From the NCBI GenBank assembly GCA_951406725.2, contig OX597821.1, positions 99,758,001 to 99,822,000 of the forward strand: 64,000 bases of DNA, read 5' to 3'. The stretch comes from Octopus vulgaris. Taxonomy: Eukaryota. The notes under the pieces are model-generated. The model was not told the origin of the DNA. It saw nothing but the letters and a program-made list of their open reading frames with translations, and did no database searches. Position numbers and translations under genes: made by a program. This document shows, in pieces, positions 29,082 to 43,200 of the stretch (position 1 is its first letter; each line of letters starts with the position of its first letter).

Positions 29082-31554
29082 TAACCTGTATTAATAATTC
29101 AAAATGCAATATATTTTCATAGTATCTATTGACCAGATTCTGCAGTATTTTCCTCAAAAGTGTGATTAAGTTAATGGCCTACCAAAGCCCTTCCATTATT
29201 CCAAAGTGAAGTAATAACTCTTGTTTCGATTTCTTTTGAGTTGATTCATATACCTTCTCTTGCTGCTGCATATTATTGGAATAGTTCTTTGTATTCTAAT
29301 ATTGATGGCAATTATTATTGTATAGTTATTATTGATGGAAATTATTCTTCCATAAATTATTCAGACCTAGACGGTTTATAAACTGCCTTTTGGAACCTTA
29401 ACATTATGTGGCCTTATTGATTTTTCTGTTCGATAGGAGCTTGAAAACAAAATCTTGAATGGTAATTCACTTAAATTTATAAAAAAAAAAAAGAAAAAAG
29501 TTTATTGCAGACGTTGGTACTCATATATGCTTTTGAAATTCCATTATTTAGAAATTAAACCATTGATTGCTCAACCTTTTTCATTTAGTGGCATATTATT
29601 GTTTTGTTGGTAACTTTTACTGATGATTCCTTCTGGAAATGTTTTCATTACCTGACTGTGATTCTGTATAACCTTACTAACTCTAGATGCACATAAAATA
29701 TGACAAAAAAAAAAAAAAAAAGAAACAAAAAAAATCATTAGTACATTAATAGTAGTAAATGTTTCTTTTGTGATATAAATAGCAAGATGATTTTTTTTCA
29801 AATCTTCACATCGATTCTCAGGGTGAATAACCCTACTTCTCTCTTCCCCCACATAGAAATTATTGTAGCGATGTTTATGCTTTCAAGCAAGCACAATTGC
29901 AATTTTGTCAACACAGTGTTTTATTTTTTTCTGTCTTTGCAAGGTGATGCACACTTTTTCATCCCCTACCCCCCGTTTAATTGCAGATAGTTCTTTCATT
30001 TAGTTGTTAACCTATGCTTCACTGTGTCAGCACTAGTGTTTATGAAATGCTATTTACACATATTGACGAATAATTGCATGTAAACATATTTCAAATTGTT
30101 TGCACAGTAGTGTTTAAAGACAGAAAATATTGGCAGCAAAGTGTGTTTCTTAACAACCATTGGCAATGTTAGCTGAATCATCACATATAATAGTGTGAGC
30201 TGTTTTAATGAGGGATAAACTAGCTTATATTATAATTTCAGATTATTAAAAGAAAAACTAAAAACTTTTTTTTTTGCTCTTTTATGTTTGGTTAGGAAAC
30301 TCATTAAACATTGGATTTTCCATTAATTTTCAATTAGTTTTCAATAATCCTAGATTCTTATAGCTTTAGTGATGGACAATTTCAATATCCTAAGTATACT
30401 GAACTAAACCTGTTGCTTCATCTTTCTAACTGTTTCGACTTGTTTCTCTAATCCTTTCTCTCCTGTGTAGCATCATTAGTTCCTATCTACAATTAGTTAT
30501 ATGTTTAAATTAACCTTATATGAAGTAGTCCAGATTTTAACTTTTTAGCTGTATACTTTATTTTTTTTTTTTAAAGAAAAAAAAAAAATCACGGTTCTTT
30601 TGATTTTATTAGGAATATACTTGTTTTGGCAGGGTTCCTAAAATCTAAGAGAGACAAAAAGAAGGATTTGAAGAAAAAGAAAAAACGTGATAAAGAAGAA
30701 AGTCAGTAAGTACCCATATCTCTTTTTTTTCTTTCCAAAGTAAATTATTTACATGGCAGAATCATTAGTGTGTCAGAGTAAATACCTTGTGATATATATT
30801 CTGAGTTCAAATTCCACCGGGGATCAGCTTTGCCTCTTCTCCCTTTGGAGTTGCAAGTGCTGGGGTTGATGATATTGACTAACTGCTTTCCTTCAAAATT
30901 GCTGGCCTTGTGCCAAAAATTGACATTATTGTTCTTCTTATTAAGGTGGCAAGCTGGCAGAATTGTTAACATGCTGGGCAAAATTCTTACCAGCATTTTG
31001 TCCATCTTCATGTTCCAAGTTCAAATTCTGCCGAGGTCAACTTTGTCTTTTATCCTTTCAGGGTCAATGAAATATGTACCAGTAACACACAGGGGTCAAT
31101 GTAATTGGCTAGTCCTCTTCCCCCAAATTTCAGGCCTTGTGCCTATTGTAGAAAGTACATGACCTTGCAGGTGGGGTCCAGATAGAATTTTCTTCTGGTC
31201 GAGTAACCGATCCTGCTCAAAAGGTCCCTGAATAAGGGTCGTTTAAGGATGTTGAACGAAACGTCCATGTTTCCAGAGGTGAATTATTCAAACCCCAAAT
31301 AATCCCTCTCAGCACATGGCTATCATGCTCCCCCACTACTTCTGCTCGTGATCAGAGATGCACATATCGTCAGCCACCAAGGGACGTTCTCAATTGGTTA
31401 AAGTCGAGCAACGGACAAGCAAATCTGTGGTATTGAGCAGAATATTTGCTGTAGCCCATCTTTTATACCAAGACAAAACAATTGTACATGATAACACTTC
31501 CAATCAGTTAAGATCAGAAGCCACGAGAGCCACTGCCTGGTACTGCATCAGGGC

Positions 31555-31590
<36 letters not shown>

Positions 31591-32340
31591 CATCATCATC
31601 TTTAACAATGTCTGATAAATGTCTCTTGCTATGTCTGGTGTAATGTCATCTCTTTCATATCAGCATTCAATATCATGCCTTGATTGCTTTATTTCATGAG
31701 ATTACAATAACATTGTTGTGTCTTGGGAGGTGATTATGCCCATAATTACTGGCATAATGACCCTTCTGAGATACAAAAAAGTCTGTTTCAATAGACAGTT
31801 TCATATCAAGAATCTTGTAAAGCAAATACAAAAGCTACAATATTGATTTTGCTAAAAATATTGCTAATGGTTTTGGAATTGAAATTAAATTTTAGAAAGT
31901 AACTTTATGTCTTTATTTATTTTTTTATTTATTTTCTTTATCTCTCCTGTCTTTTTATTTCCAATGAAAGATTAAGCAGTTAATTTACTTAAGAGGAATT
32001 ATTAAAATTAAACAAGAAGTTACTCTTTAGTTCAGCTTGCACAGTCCTCTGTTAATATTTTTTTATGCTTGAAGTTTGTTTTACTACTGTTGTTACATTA
32101 CATCACACACACACATACACACATACATACTCTCTTTTACTCTTTTACTTGTTTCAGTCATTTGACTGCGGCCATGCTGGAGCACCGCCTTTAGTCGAGC
32201 AAATCGACCCCGGGACTTATTCTTTGTAAGCCCAGTACTTATTCTATCAGTCTCTTTTGCCGAACCGCTAAGTGACGGGGACGTAAACACACCAGCATCG
32301 GTTGTCAAGCAATGCTAAGGGGACAAACACAGGCACACAA

Positions 32341-32371
<31 letters not shown>

Positions 32372-35300
32372 CATATATACGACAGGCTTCTATCAGTTTC
32401 CGTCTACCAAATCCACTCACAAGGCATTGGTCGGCCCGGGGCTATAGCAGAAGACACTTGCCCAAGATGCCACGCAGTGGGACTGAACCCGGAACCATGT
32501 GGTTGGTTAGCAAGCTACTTACCACACAGCTACTCCTGCGCATACGTACATAAATTTATTCTTAAACAAGAATGTTGCTAACTGACATGGAAGTTTTGAC
32601 CAATTAAGCCATTATCATATTACTTAACTGGCCAAAACTTCGAAGTCACTGTCAACAATATTCTTGTTTAAGAATAAATTTGTACTCTACAAAAGTACAG
32701 GATAACCCTCTCAGATTAATGCAAAATTGTTTTTACTATAGCTGAACATAACAGCAAACATTAACAGTAAAAAGCACCCTGTCCACACTGTAAAATGGTT
32801 GGCACTTGGAAGGGCATCCAGCTGTAAAAATCATGCCAAAATTAACATTGTCTGTGCTTCTGCCACATAAAAAGCACCGAGTCCATTCTGTAGAGTAGTT
32901 GGTGTTAGGAAGGGCATCCAGCCATAAAAACCCTGCCAAAGCAGACACAGTAGCCTGGGATAGTCTTCTACCTGGCCAGCTCCTGTCAAGTGTGCTACCC
33001 ATGCTTGCATGGAAGACGGACGTTAAACGATAATGATGATGATATGCATACATGTTCCCACACACATATCTCTTTACTCTCTTTTACTTGTTTCAGTCAT
33101 TTGACTGTAGCCATGCTGGAGCATGTCTTTAGTCGAGCAAATCGACCCCAGGACTTATTATTTGTAAGCCTAGTACTTATTCCATTGGTCTCTTTTGCCG
33201 AACTGCTAATTTACAGGGATGTAAACACACCAGCATCGGTTGTCAAGCGATGTTTGGGGGGACAAACACAGAGACACAAATGTATACACACGCACATGCA
33301 TATATATATATATATATATATACATATATACGATGGGCTTCTTTCAGTTTCCGTCTATCAAATCCACTCACAAAGCTTTGATCGGCCTGAGGCTATAGTA
33401 GAAGACACTTGCCCAAGGTGTCATGCAGTGGAACTGAACCCAGAATCCTGTGGTTCATAAGCAAGCTACTTACCACACAGCCTCTCCTACGCCTATATAT
33501 TGTAAAAGAGGATGTGGTAGAGAAATTAGAACATTGATCAGTTGATACAGAACTGAGTTTGAAAAACATATTCTTGGTTTGGCTGATGCCATCTCTCCTG
33601 ACTAAATGATAAAGAAATATGTTAGTGCTTTAGGTAATGAAATTCCTCCAGCTGGGAATCACAATCACTGACTTAGTTCACAGTGACCTTATGGTTTCAT
33701 GCTATTGCTATTTCCACAATGACGACAACAATATTACCAACAACATTTAATTTATTATGCTGTATCATTATTTAATCATTCAATTCCTGTTTATATGAAC
33801 TTCATGTCATTTTTATTGATCTTTCTTGTTTTTTTTTTGTTTTTTTTTTCCCTACAGAGAAACTACAAGTAGCAATGGTGTAAGTACCTTTTTAAATGAT
33901 TTTTTAAATAAATTCTTGTTCAATAGTTTGGGTTTGTATTTTTACAACAAATTAAATATAGTATATTAAGTATATAACAACAAATTAAATTCAAAGTGAA
34001 GATAAACTTACATCAAACTTATCTTTCTGTATTGTTAGTAAGGACATTTTGAAGTCCACTCTTTGTTATTGTTATGAATATAATTTTTTGATCATTTAAT
34101 AGTTAATGTTAATTACATTTTGTAATTTTTTTTTATTAGGTAATACCTGATGTTGATGAAGAAGGTTACAGTAAACAGCCCGATACTCTTTTAGACTGTA
34201 TCCTTATCATTGTTGGCAGAATTATGAGCCTGCCTGGTCTTTACATTTTGGGTTCAAATTCTGCCAATGTCGGCTTTGCTTTTCATCCTGTTGGGGTTGA
34301 TAAATTAATGCCAGTCAAGCACTGGGGTCACTCTAATCAACTAGTTCCCTCCCCCAGAATTTCAGGCCTTGTGCCTATAGTAGAAAGGATTATTATTATT
34401 ATTTTTCTTATTATTATAGACGTTGCACAATATACAATATTGTGAAGTTGTCGACTGAAGATATTGTGTCTACCTGGAGTTTGTACTGTTTGTCAAGTTG
34501 CAACAAGGACCTCAGACAGACAGTACTTTACGCAATATGCATGCAGTTCCAAGTAATGCTGACTTTTGCAATACATTTAGATTGTAGGGTATTTCTAAGG
34601 TTTTTGGATGTATTTTCAGATTGTCAAGTGGTGGTGGGGTACAAACACAGGCACAAAGACACGCACTCACAGATATTTATATACATTTATATAACAGGCT
34701 TCATTCAGTTTCTGTCTATCAAATCCATTCACAAGGCTTTGGTTGGCTTGAGGCTGTAGTAGACACTTGTCCAAGTGTCATGCTGTGGGATTGAACCTGG
34801 AACCATGTGGTTGGGAAGCAAGTTTCTTACCACACAACCACACCTGTTATTATTATTATCATTATTAAGCTGGCAGAATCACTAGTTTGTTGCATGAAAT
34901 GCGTAGCCTGTTGCTAAGTTCTGAGTTCAAATTCTGATGAAGTTGATTTTGCCTTACATCCTTTCAGGGTCAATAAAATAAGTACCAATTGAATACTGGG
35001 ATTGATGTAATCAACTCATCCCCACCTCTCTCAAGCTGCCCTTGTGGCAAAAGTTTGAAATAATTATCATTATCATTATTATTGAGTGAGAGAGCAGTGC
35101 ATGCTATCAAAGTGACACTGGGGCACAAATATACAAAGCCCAATATACCCATCATGACTACCCATCCCATAAGGGTACACCATGCTCATCATCACAGCCA
35201 TATGTGCACTACAGGGTGGTCTCATATCAAGGTAAACAGCGCATGTCCTTGCAGGTGGGATCCAGTTAGAATTTTCAGGTCAAGTAGCCCATCCCGCTCA

Positions 35301-35803
35301 AAAGGTCCCTGATTAAGGGTTGTTTAAGGATGTTTAATGAAACAGCCATGTATCCAAAGGTGAATTATTCAAACCCCAAAGAATTCCTCTCAATGCATGA
35401 CTATCATGCTCCCCCACTACTTCTGCTCATGATCAGAGATGCACATATCATCAGCCACTAAGGGACGTGCTCAATTGATTAAAGTCAAACAACTGACAAG
35501 CAAATCTGTAGTATTGAGCAGAAGATTTGCTGTAGCCCATCTTTTACACCAAGACAAAACATTTACATTCTAATGCTTCCAATCAGTTAAGGTCAGTAGC
35601 CATGAGAGCCAGCGCCTGGTATTGCATCTTGATTTAAGATATTTTACTTTTATCATCAGCTTCATTGTAGTTATCATTGTCATCATCATACATCAGTTTT
35701 CCTTGCTGGCATGGATTGGAGAACTATGACTTATATATGTTCCGTTCGTAATTATTACAAATGAAACATATATTACAAAAGCACTTGTGCCAAAATTTGA
35801 AAC

Positions 35804-35836
<33 letters not shown>

Positions 35837-37373
35837 CATTATTATTATTCATTAGCAGGCTGGGCGAAATGCTTAGCAACATTTCGTCTGCTGCTACATT
35901 CTGAGTTCAAATTCTGCTGAGGTCAACTTTGCCTTTTCATCCTTTTGGGTGTCGATAAAATAAGTACCAGTTGAGTACCGGAGTCAATGTAATTAACTAT
36001 CCCCCTCCCCCCAATGTCAGGCCTTGTGCCTATAGTAGAAAGGATTATTATTATTAAGACAGAGGGCCGGCAGAATTGTTAGAGCATCAGAAAAAATGCT
36101 TTGTTGTATTTATTGTGACTCATTATGTTCTGAGTTCAAATTCTGCTGGTGTTGTCTTTGCCTCTCATCCTTTTGGAGTCAATAAAATCAGTACCAGTGA
36201 AACACTGGGGTCAATGTAATTGATCAGTCCCCTTCCCACAAATTTCAGGCCTCATGCCTATAGTAGAAAGGATTATTATTATTGGTAGCCTATTTCACTA
36301 TCTTTCACATATATAAAATTTGCTGGCATTCCACTTAAAGTATTTATTTGTATCATGCCATGTGTTGTTATTGTGTAACAACTCCCTCTCCTTTCTGTTA
36401 GAGTTTTGAAAATACTATTAGTAATTAAGATTTTTCTTTCATAATTATATTTTTCTTCTAATGACTGACATGAAATATATATCTTGTTAAATCTATAGAT
36501 TTGTATTTATCCTTAACTTTTTGTATTGAACGGAGACAAAACAAGCTGGTGCTCTAGTGAAAGTGATAGTGATTCAGGTAATGTATTTTTAATTATTAAT
36601 TGTTAATTGCTGCAATATTTCATCAATTTGACCAGCTGTCATTAGTTCAAACTTACCTCTATTTGAGCCTTGCTCCCCTTTATTTTTTTCATATAGCTAC
36701 TGACGGTAGCTGTGTGAAAGAAATAATATTATAATATCTAAGATAATTAGATTGATTATATTTAGTTCAAATACATTATACAGAATTATTTATTGTATGC
36801 TACTTTATATACGACAAATATGAAGGTTTGTTTGGATAATCCAATATCTAAACACAATTTTTTCCTTTTCTTTTTGTTGTTTTACATTCATTGAAAAGCA
36901 AACAATAGCAACAGAAAAGAAAGAAGAAAAGAAGCTAAAATACTAATATGGGCAGAACAGTTTTTGTCAAAACAATTGCCTTTGCAGCATGTTAATCACT
37001 CAACTCTGGTGAATATAATGTAACAATGGTATTTGGTTTACACAGAGTTATGTCCCATGCTTAATCTCTTTACTAAGATGTATACACTTGGCCAGTAACC
37101 AACACGTTAACCTCACAGCCCTGTTGCTGTTTAGCTTTATCTCTATCGTTATAGCAAAAAAATTATACTGATATAGTTACTCTTTTACTTGTTTCAGTCA
37201 TTTGACTGCGGCCATGCTGGAGCACCGCCTTTAATCGAGCAACTCGACCCTGGGACTTATTCTTTTGTAAGCCCAGTACTTATTCTATCGGTCTCTTTTG
37301 CCGAACCACTAAGTAACGGGGACATAAACACACCAGCATCGGTTGTCAAGCAATGCTAGGGGGACAAACACAG

Positions 37374-37431
<58 letters not shown>

Positions 37432-40145
37432 TACCTCTGCTGGTGACTAAAGGCCTCTCGCTCAGAGTAAAAGGCAGACTATATGATGCATGTGTACGAA
37501 CAGCTATGCTACATGGCAGTGAAACATGGGCCGTGACTGCTGAGGACATGCGTAAGCTCGTGAGGAACGAAGCCAGTATGCTCCGATGGATGTGTAATGT
37601 CAGTGTACTTACTCGACAGAGCGTTAGTACCTTGAGAGAAATGTTGTACCTAAGAAGCATCAGTTGTTGTGTGCAAGAGAGACGATTGCGCTGGTATGGT
37701 CATGTGGCGAGAATGGATGAAGATAGGTGTGTGAGAAAGTGCCAATCCCTAGCAGTTGAGGGAACCCGTGGAAGAGGTAGACCCAGGAAAACCTGGGACG
37801 AGGTGGTGAAGCACGACCTTCGGACGTTAGGTCTCACCATGGAAATGACTAGAGACCGAGACCTATGGAAGTATGCTGTGGACACATAAGAAAACACCAT
37901 CCGAGCGTGGCCGTCTGCCAGCCTCGTCTGGCACCTGTGTCGGTGGCACATTAAAAAACACCATCCGAGCGTGGCCGTCTGCCAGCCTCGTCTGGCACCT
38001 GTGTCGGTGGCACATAAAATCACCCACTACACTCTCGGAGTGGTTGGCGTTAGGAAGGGCATCCAGCTGTAGAAACACTGCCACATCTGACTGGCCTGGT
38101 GCAGCCTTCGGGCTTCCCAGACCCCAGTTGAACCGTCCAACCCATGCTAGCATGGAAAGCGGACGTTAAACGATGATGATGATGATGATGATATATATAT
38201 ATACACATATATATGACAGGCTTCTTTCAGTTTCCATCTACCAAATCCCCTCACAAGGCTTTGGTCAGCCCGAGGCTATAGTAGAAGACACTTGCCCAAG
38301 GTGCCACGCAGTGGGACTGAACCTGGAACCATGTGGTTGGTTAGCAAGCTACTTACCACACAGCCACTCCTGCACCTAGTTGGGTATAATTTGAAAATTG
38401 TAATTGTTTTTCATATGAAAATTGAAGAAAGAAGCTCTAAATTGTTGTTCTCTTAAGCTTCGAAAGTGAAAGCTTATGGTTTAGGGATTAGGTTGTTGCA
38501 CTCATGATCGTAGCTCTGGTTCCCAGACTGGGCTGTGCATTGTGTTCACATTACTTCAGTTCACTCAGCTGTAAATGAGATCCAGCAATAGCTGGGAAGT
38601 TAACCCTGTGACAGACCTGTATCCTGTTCACTGGGGAGTGTTGTAATCTCAGCCATGGAAATCGGGTCAAGCTCCTACCTTATGAGTCCTTGGTCTCATG
38701 ACAGACCTTAGCTTCAAAATGCAGGGAGTTAAGAGAATGATTTTGTGTCTTCACTGATAATATATATATATATATATTATAGTTCAGTTGGTGTTAACAT
38801 ATTTAATGCAAAGGGCAGTAACTATATTAACCTGTTAATAATTGTGTAGTTAGGATGAAACAAGACTAATCACTAACTAATAAGATTATTTAATGAGAAG
38901 TTACTGTGAAAATTTCATGATTATGTGGAAAACCGTAAATTTATGAAGAAGAATTATGAAGTATGAAATTTCTTCTGAGAAAAAAAAAAAATTTTGTTTC
39001 GTTTGGTTCTGAAGCATTTGATTCTTGAGATGTTGTAAAATCCAGTAATTTTAGAAAGTGCAGAATCATTGCAAACTCTGTTCTTTGTTATTTACACAGT
39101 TATTACCTCTTCTTCTTTGAAAGCTGTTACCTATTAGTTTTATATTTACATTAAGATTTAAACAATATTAACTATGGAACAAAAGTGAAGACATATTATA
39201 GTTAAGATATTATTCTACTTCGGTATGACTACAGTGGTAGCAGGCCATTAATAGCCTGTATCAGATGTTAAATTTTGGAGATTTGTGCAATCTAGTGTAG
39301 GACAAAGACCACTTAGCTAGATACCTCTCCTGTGGTTTGACAACGATCTAGCTAGCTGCTAGGCTGTACTGAGCTTCAGTGTCAGCCTTGGTATGTTTAC
39401 TAAAGCTGGATGCCCTTCTCAGTGCCAACAACACCTTACAGTTTGTACTGGGTGTGTTTATGGTGCCAGTGGCACTAATGAAGTCACTACTTAAGTTGCA
39501 AGACAAAAAAAAAAGGACAGGAAAGGGAAACTCCCCACTTCTCACCATGACTAAGTGCATGTGGGTGTTAAGGAGGGGAAGGTGGTTTTATGTCAGATAT
39601 TGAGAGACTAAAGTTTGATAGAGGGACAAGAAAACAGGTGTCTTTTCATAGAGGAAATACATAGCTAGCCTATGTTATATAAGGGTGAGTGATGATAATT
39701 AGGAAGATGAAGATAAAGAAGGAAGATGGTAGTGATGGTGTGCCAGAGGAAACTTTGAAGGTAGGTGAGCATAAGAGAGGATAGGGTCAGGGAATCTGAG
39801 GAAGGTGTGTAGTTTCCTTAACAATGTGAGTAACATAGTTAGAGAGTGGGGCAGGGGTGGATGTATTCAAAGGTATGCAAGAATGGCACTGCAGTTAGTG
39901 GGGAATGTCATTTAGGAGAGGGGATACAGTGAGAGAGATAGCAGTAGCTCAGGGAGGAGAACAAATCATAAGGTAGTGGGATGCTGTCCAAAGTGTTATA
40001 CATATACAGTATGTATAATGTATGTGTCTGTATATATATTATAGTTATATCTATATATATGATATATACTTATATATATAAAAATAAGAAATACAAATAC
40101 AATTTTTTATAAACCAGATGTATTTTTCTTTTACCAAAGCAATCA

Positions 40146-40201
<56 letters not shown>

Positions 40202-43200
40202 GGCAAGAAACTCAAAAGCAGGTTGCAGTATTGAACTCCCTTCTTTACCAGAATCCAACTACAAAAGAATGTAAGCGAAAAGGTGATTAGACTGGCCCGT
40301 GCTCCAGAATGGCCACAACCTTTGAGCTGAAACATATAAAAGAATAAAAGCATACACACACACAATATATATATATATATCATACTTAATTTAAAATATT
40401 GTGTTACAAACAATGTAAATATTGTATAAGCAACTGGTTATGTCTTTGATTTCATTCCATAAAGTGTTACGTATAAATAGGCTGTAGTAATATGGTATCA
40501 TATATTATTGTGACAAGTATGAGAAAAAAACGTCCAGTTGCTACCTGACTTATTACGACCTCACAAACTTTGCCTAGTTTGTCATAGTAGTGATGAAAAG
40601 AGACTAAGTAAATAACCTAGATGGCTCTGCACTGATTGTTAGGGGAAAATAGAAATGTTTAGAGAGTAAATCTCTCTATGTAATAATATTTCATGATATT
40701 TAAGGCAGCAAGTTGGCAGAAACGTTAGCATGCTGGGCAAAATGCTTAGCAGTATTTTGTCTGTCTTTATTTTCTGAGTTCAAATTCTGCCAAGGTCAAC
40801 TTTGCCTTTCATCCTTTCGGGGGGGGGGGGTCAATAAATTAAGTACCAGTTGTGTACTGGGGTTGATCTAATCGACTGGACCCCCTCCCAAAAAATTTCT
40901 GGCCTTCTGCCTAGAGCAGAAAAGAATATTTCATGATATTTATTTGTTCTAATTGTTTGCAAATGTTTTTCTTTTTGTAGAAGGTGACTCTGATCTTAAA
41001 AAAAAAATAAAAGTTGAAATCCGCCCACTCAGCCCAAATGGTTCCACGCCAACTGGAACAGTAGAAGACATCCGTGCCTCCATTGAAGGATTGAGGCTGT
41101 CACCAACAGTGCCACATGTAAGTCTTTAACCTTATTGCTTATATAATCCCTGTTCTGTGAAGGTGCATGGCTTAGTGATTAGGGTATTCAGCTCCTGATT
41201 GTAAGGTCAGGAGTTCAATTCCCAGAGATACTTTGTGTCCTTTATTTCACATTGCTCCAGTCCACTCAGCTGGCAAAAATGAGCTATACCTATATTCCAA
41301 AGGGTCAACTTTGTCACACTCTGTGTCACGTTGAATCTCCCTGAGAACTATGTTAAGGGTACATGTGTCTGTGGAGTGCTCAGCCACCTGCATGTTAATT
41401 TCTTGAGCAGGCTGTTGCATTGATCAGATCAATTAGAACTCCCATCATCAAGCTAATCCCTGTCCTACATCCCCATTGCATATAAAGATGGGGTCAATCA
41501 TTTGCTTAAATGTCATGCACATATGCTCACTTTTATTTTGATTGGTAAAGGCATATACAGACATTTTTTCCATTGATTCTTTGATGTATATTTTGAAATT
41601 CAACATCTTTTACTTGTTTCAGTCATGAGACTGTGGTCATGCTGGAGCTCTGCCTTGGAGGGTTTTAGTCACATGAATCAACCCCAGCAGCTATTTCTTT
41701 CAGTCTGGTACTTATTCTAATCTTATTTGCTGAACCGCTAAGTTACAAGGACATAAACATCGGACACCAGTTGTCAAGCAGTGGTGGGCAATAAACACAA
41801 AAACACACATACACACACAACAAGCTTCTTTCAGTTTCCATCCACCAAATCCACTACCAAAGCTTTGGTTGATCCAAGGCTATAAATAGAAGACACTTGC
41901 ATAAAGTGCCATGCATTGGGACTGAACCTCAGAACTATGTGGTTGGGAAACAAACTTCTTACCACACACAACCATTACAAAAGACTATTTGGATTCTTCT
42001 CTTTTTATCTGTGATATTAGACTTTCAGGATATATACCTGTCTAAGAAGAATTACTATGACCTTTCACTTCCCCAGTTTTCCTGGTTTATGTTTTTCCTG
42101 CTAAGTTTCTGATGTATTTTTTTTTCCTTTATTTCCTGCAAGTTTTATGAAGATATCTTGAAATTTTACTTTCTTTCCATTTTTCAGAAGCGTCGCTGTC
42201 AAACACCAGTAGACAAGAAAATGAAACGATCCCAGTCTGAATCTGATACACTAGAGTGAGTATCTTTTCTTTTTTTTTATTGTCTTCAAATGTAATCTAT
42301 CAACAAAAATCTATAATTTATTACATGCTTCGTCCTGCGGTTGTCTATACTTCAGTTCATATCATTACTATAATACTTCTATGCTTCTATCTGTTGCTGC
42401 ATCATAAATATTTCTCCCTTGATCACATTTTGTGGAGAATTCTAAGAAGGGCTTCAGCTGTAAATGTTAGAACTTATTCATGGCTTTTGTCTGGGTTTTA
42501 TGTAAGATATTGAAGTAGCAAGAAATTATGGAAATTACAGAATATTTATTTATTTTTGAGTATGAACCCAGTTCAAAAAGGGACTGTTACTGATAATTAC
42601 TAATGTTTTATATTGACTATATGCAGCTGTGTCAGAGCAAAAGTTTTGAGCACCCAGGGACAAAAACACTTAGGGAACTTGTACCTCCTTGATCCTATCT
42701 TTGGTAATGACTATAAAATTAATTTGAATCCCAACTGAAGTCTTCATCTACATCTTGCTTTCATAGTCAGATCAAGTCTAGTTGTGCTTGGAGCTAGTGT
42801 CTTAAATAATCATTAGTTTTTACGGTTAGGCTTTGGGAACCAATGTCATAATGAAGCTTAGGGTGGTAATCCAATATGATCACATGGGGGGAAGGAATTG
42901 TACCTCCCTTTATACCTGTTGCCAGGGTTGATCGACTTTCCTTGCTCCCTCTCTTGTTAGCAATTATTTGTTAGCATTTCCTAAAAAGCTATTTTGCCTT
43001 GTGTTATGCCGTTTTGATCATCACCACCTTTGATGTATAGTATCTACACTTGCCAGAAATTATTGCTTTGTCTTAGTGAATCTGATAAAAAATTATCTGA
43101 TACTTCAGAAATTTGAGTGAAACACCATTTGAGCATGGCCATTGCCAGTACCACCTGACTGGCCCTCGATCCAGTGGCACGTAAAAGCACCCACTACACT

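Noticed and set aside
31325-31356. Short matches to U1 snRNA words (TGATCACGA, GTAGTGGGGGA) on the minus strand
   Set aside because: Too short and wrongly spaced; part of an interspersed repeat and likely chance.
36497-36498. U2-type acceptor for the exon ending at 36577
   Set aside because: Out of frame with the upstream phase-1 donor; the U12 signals explain the junction better.
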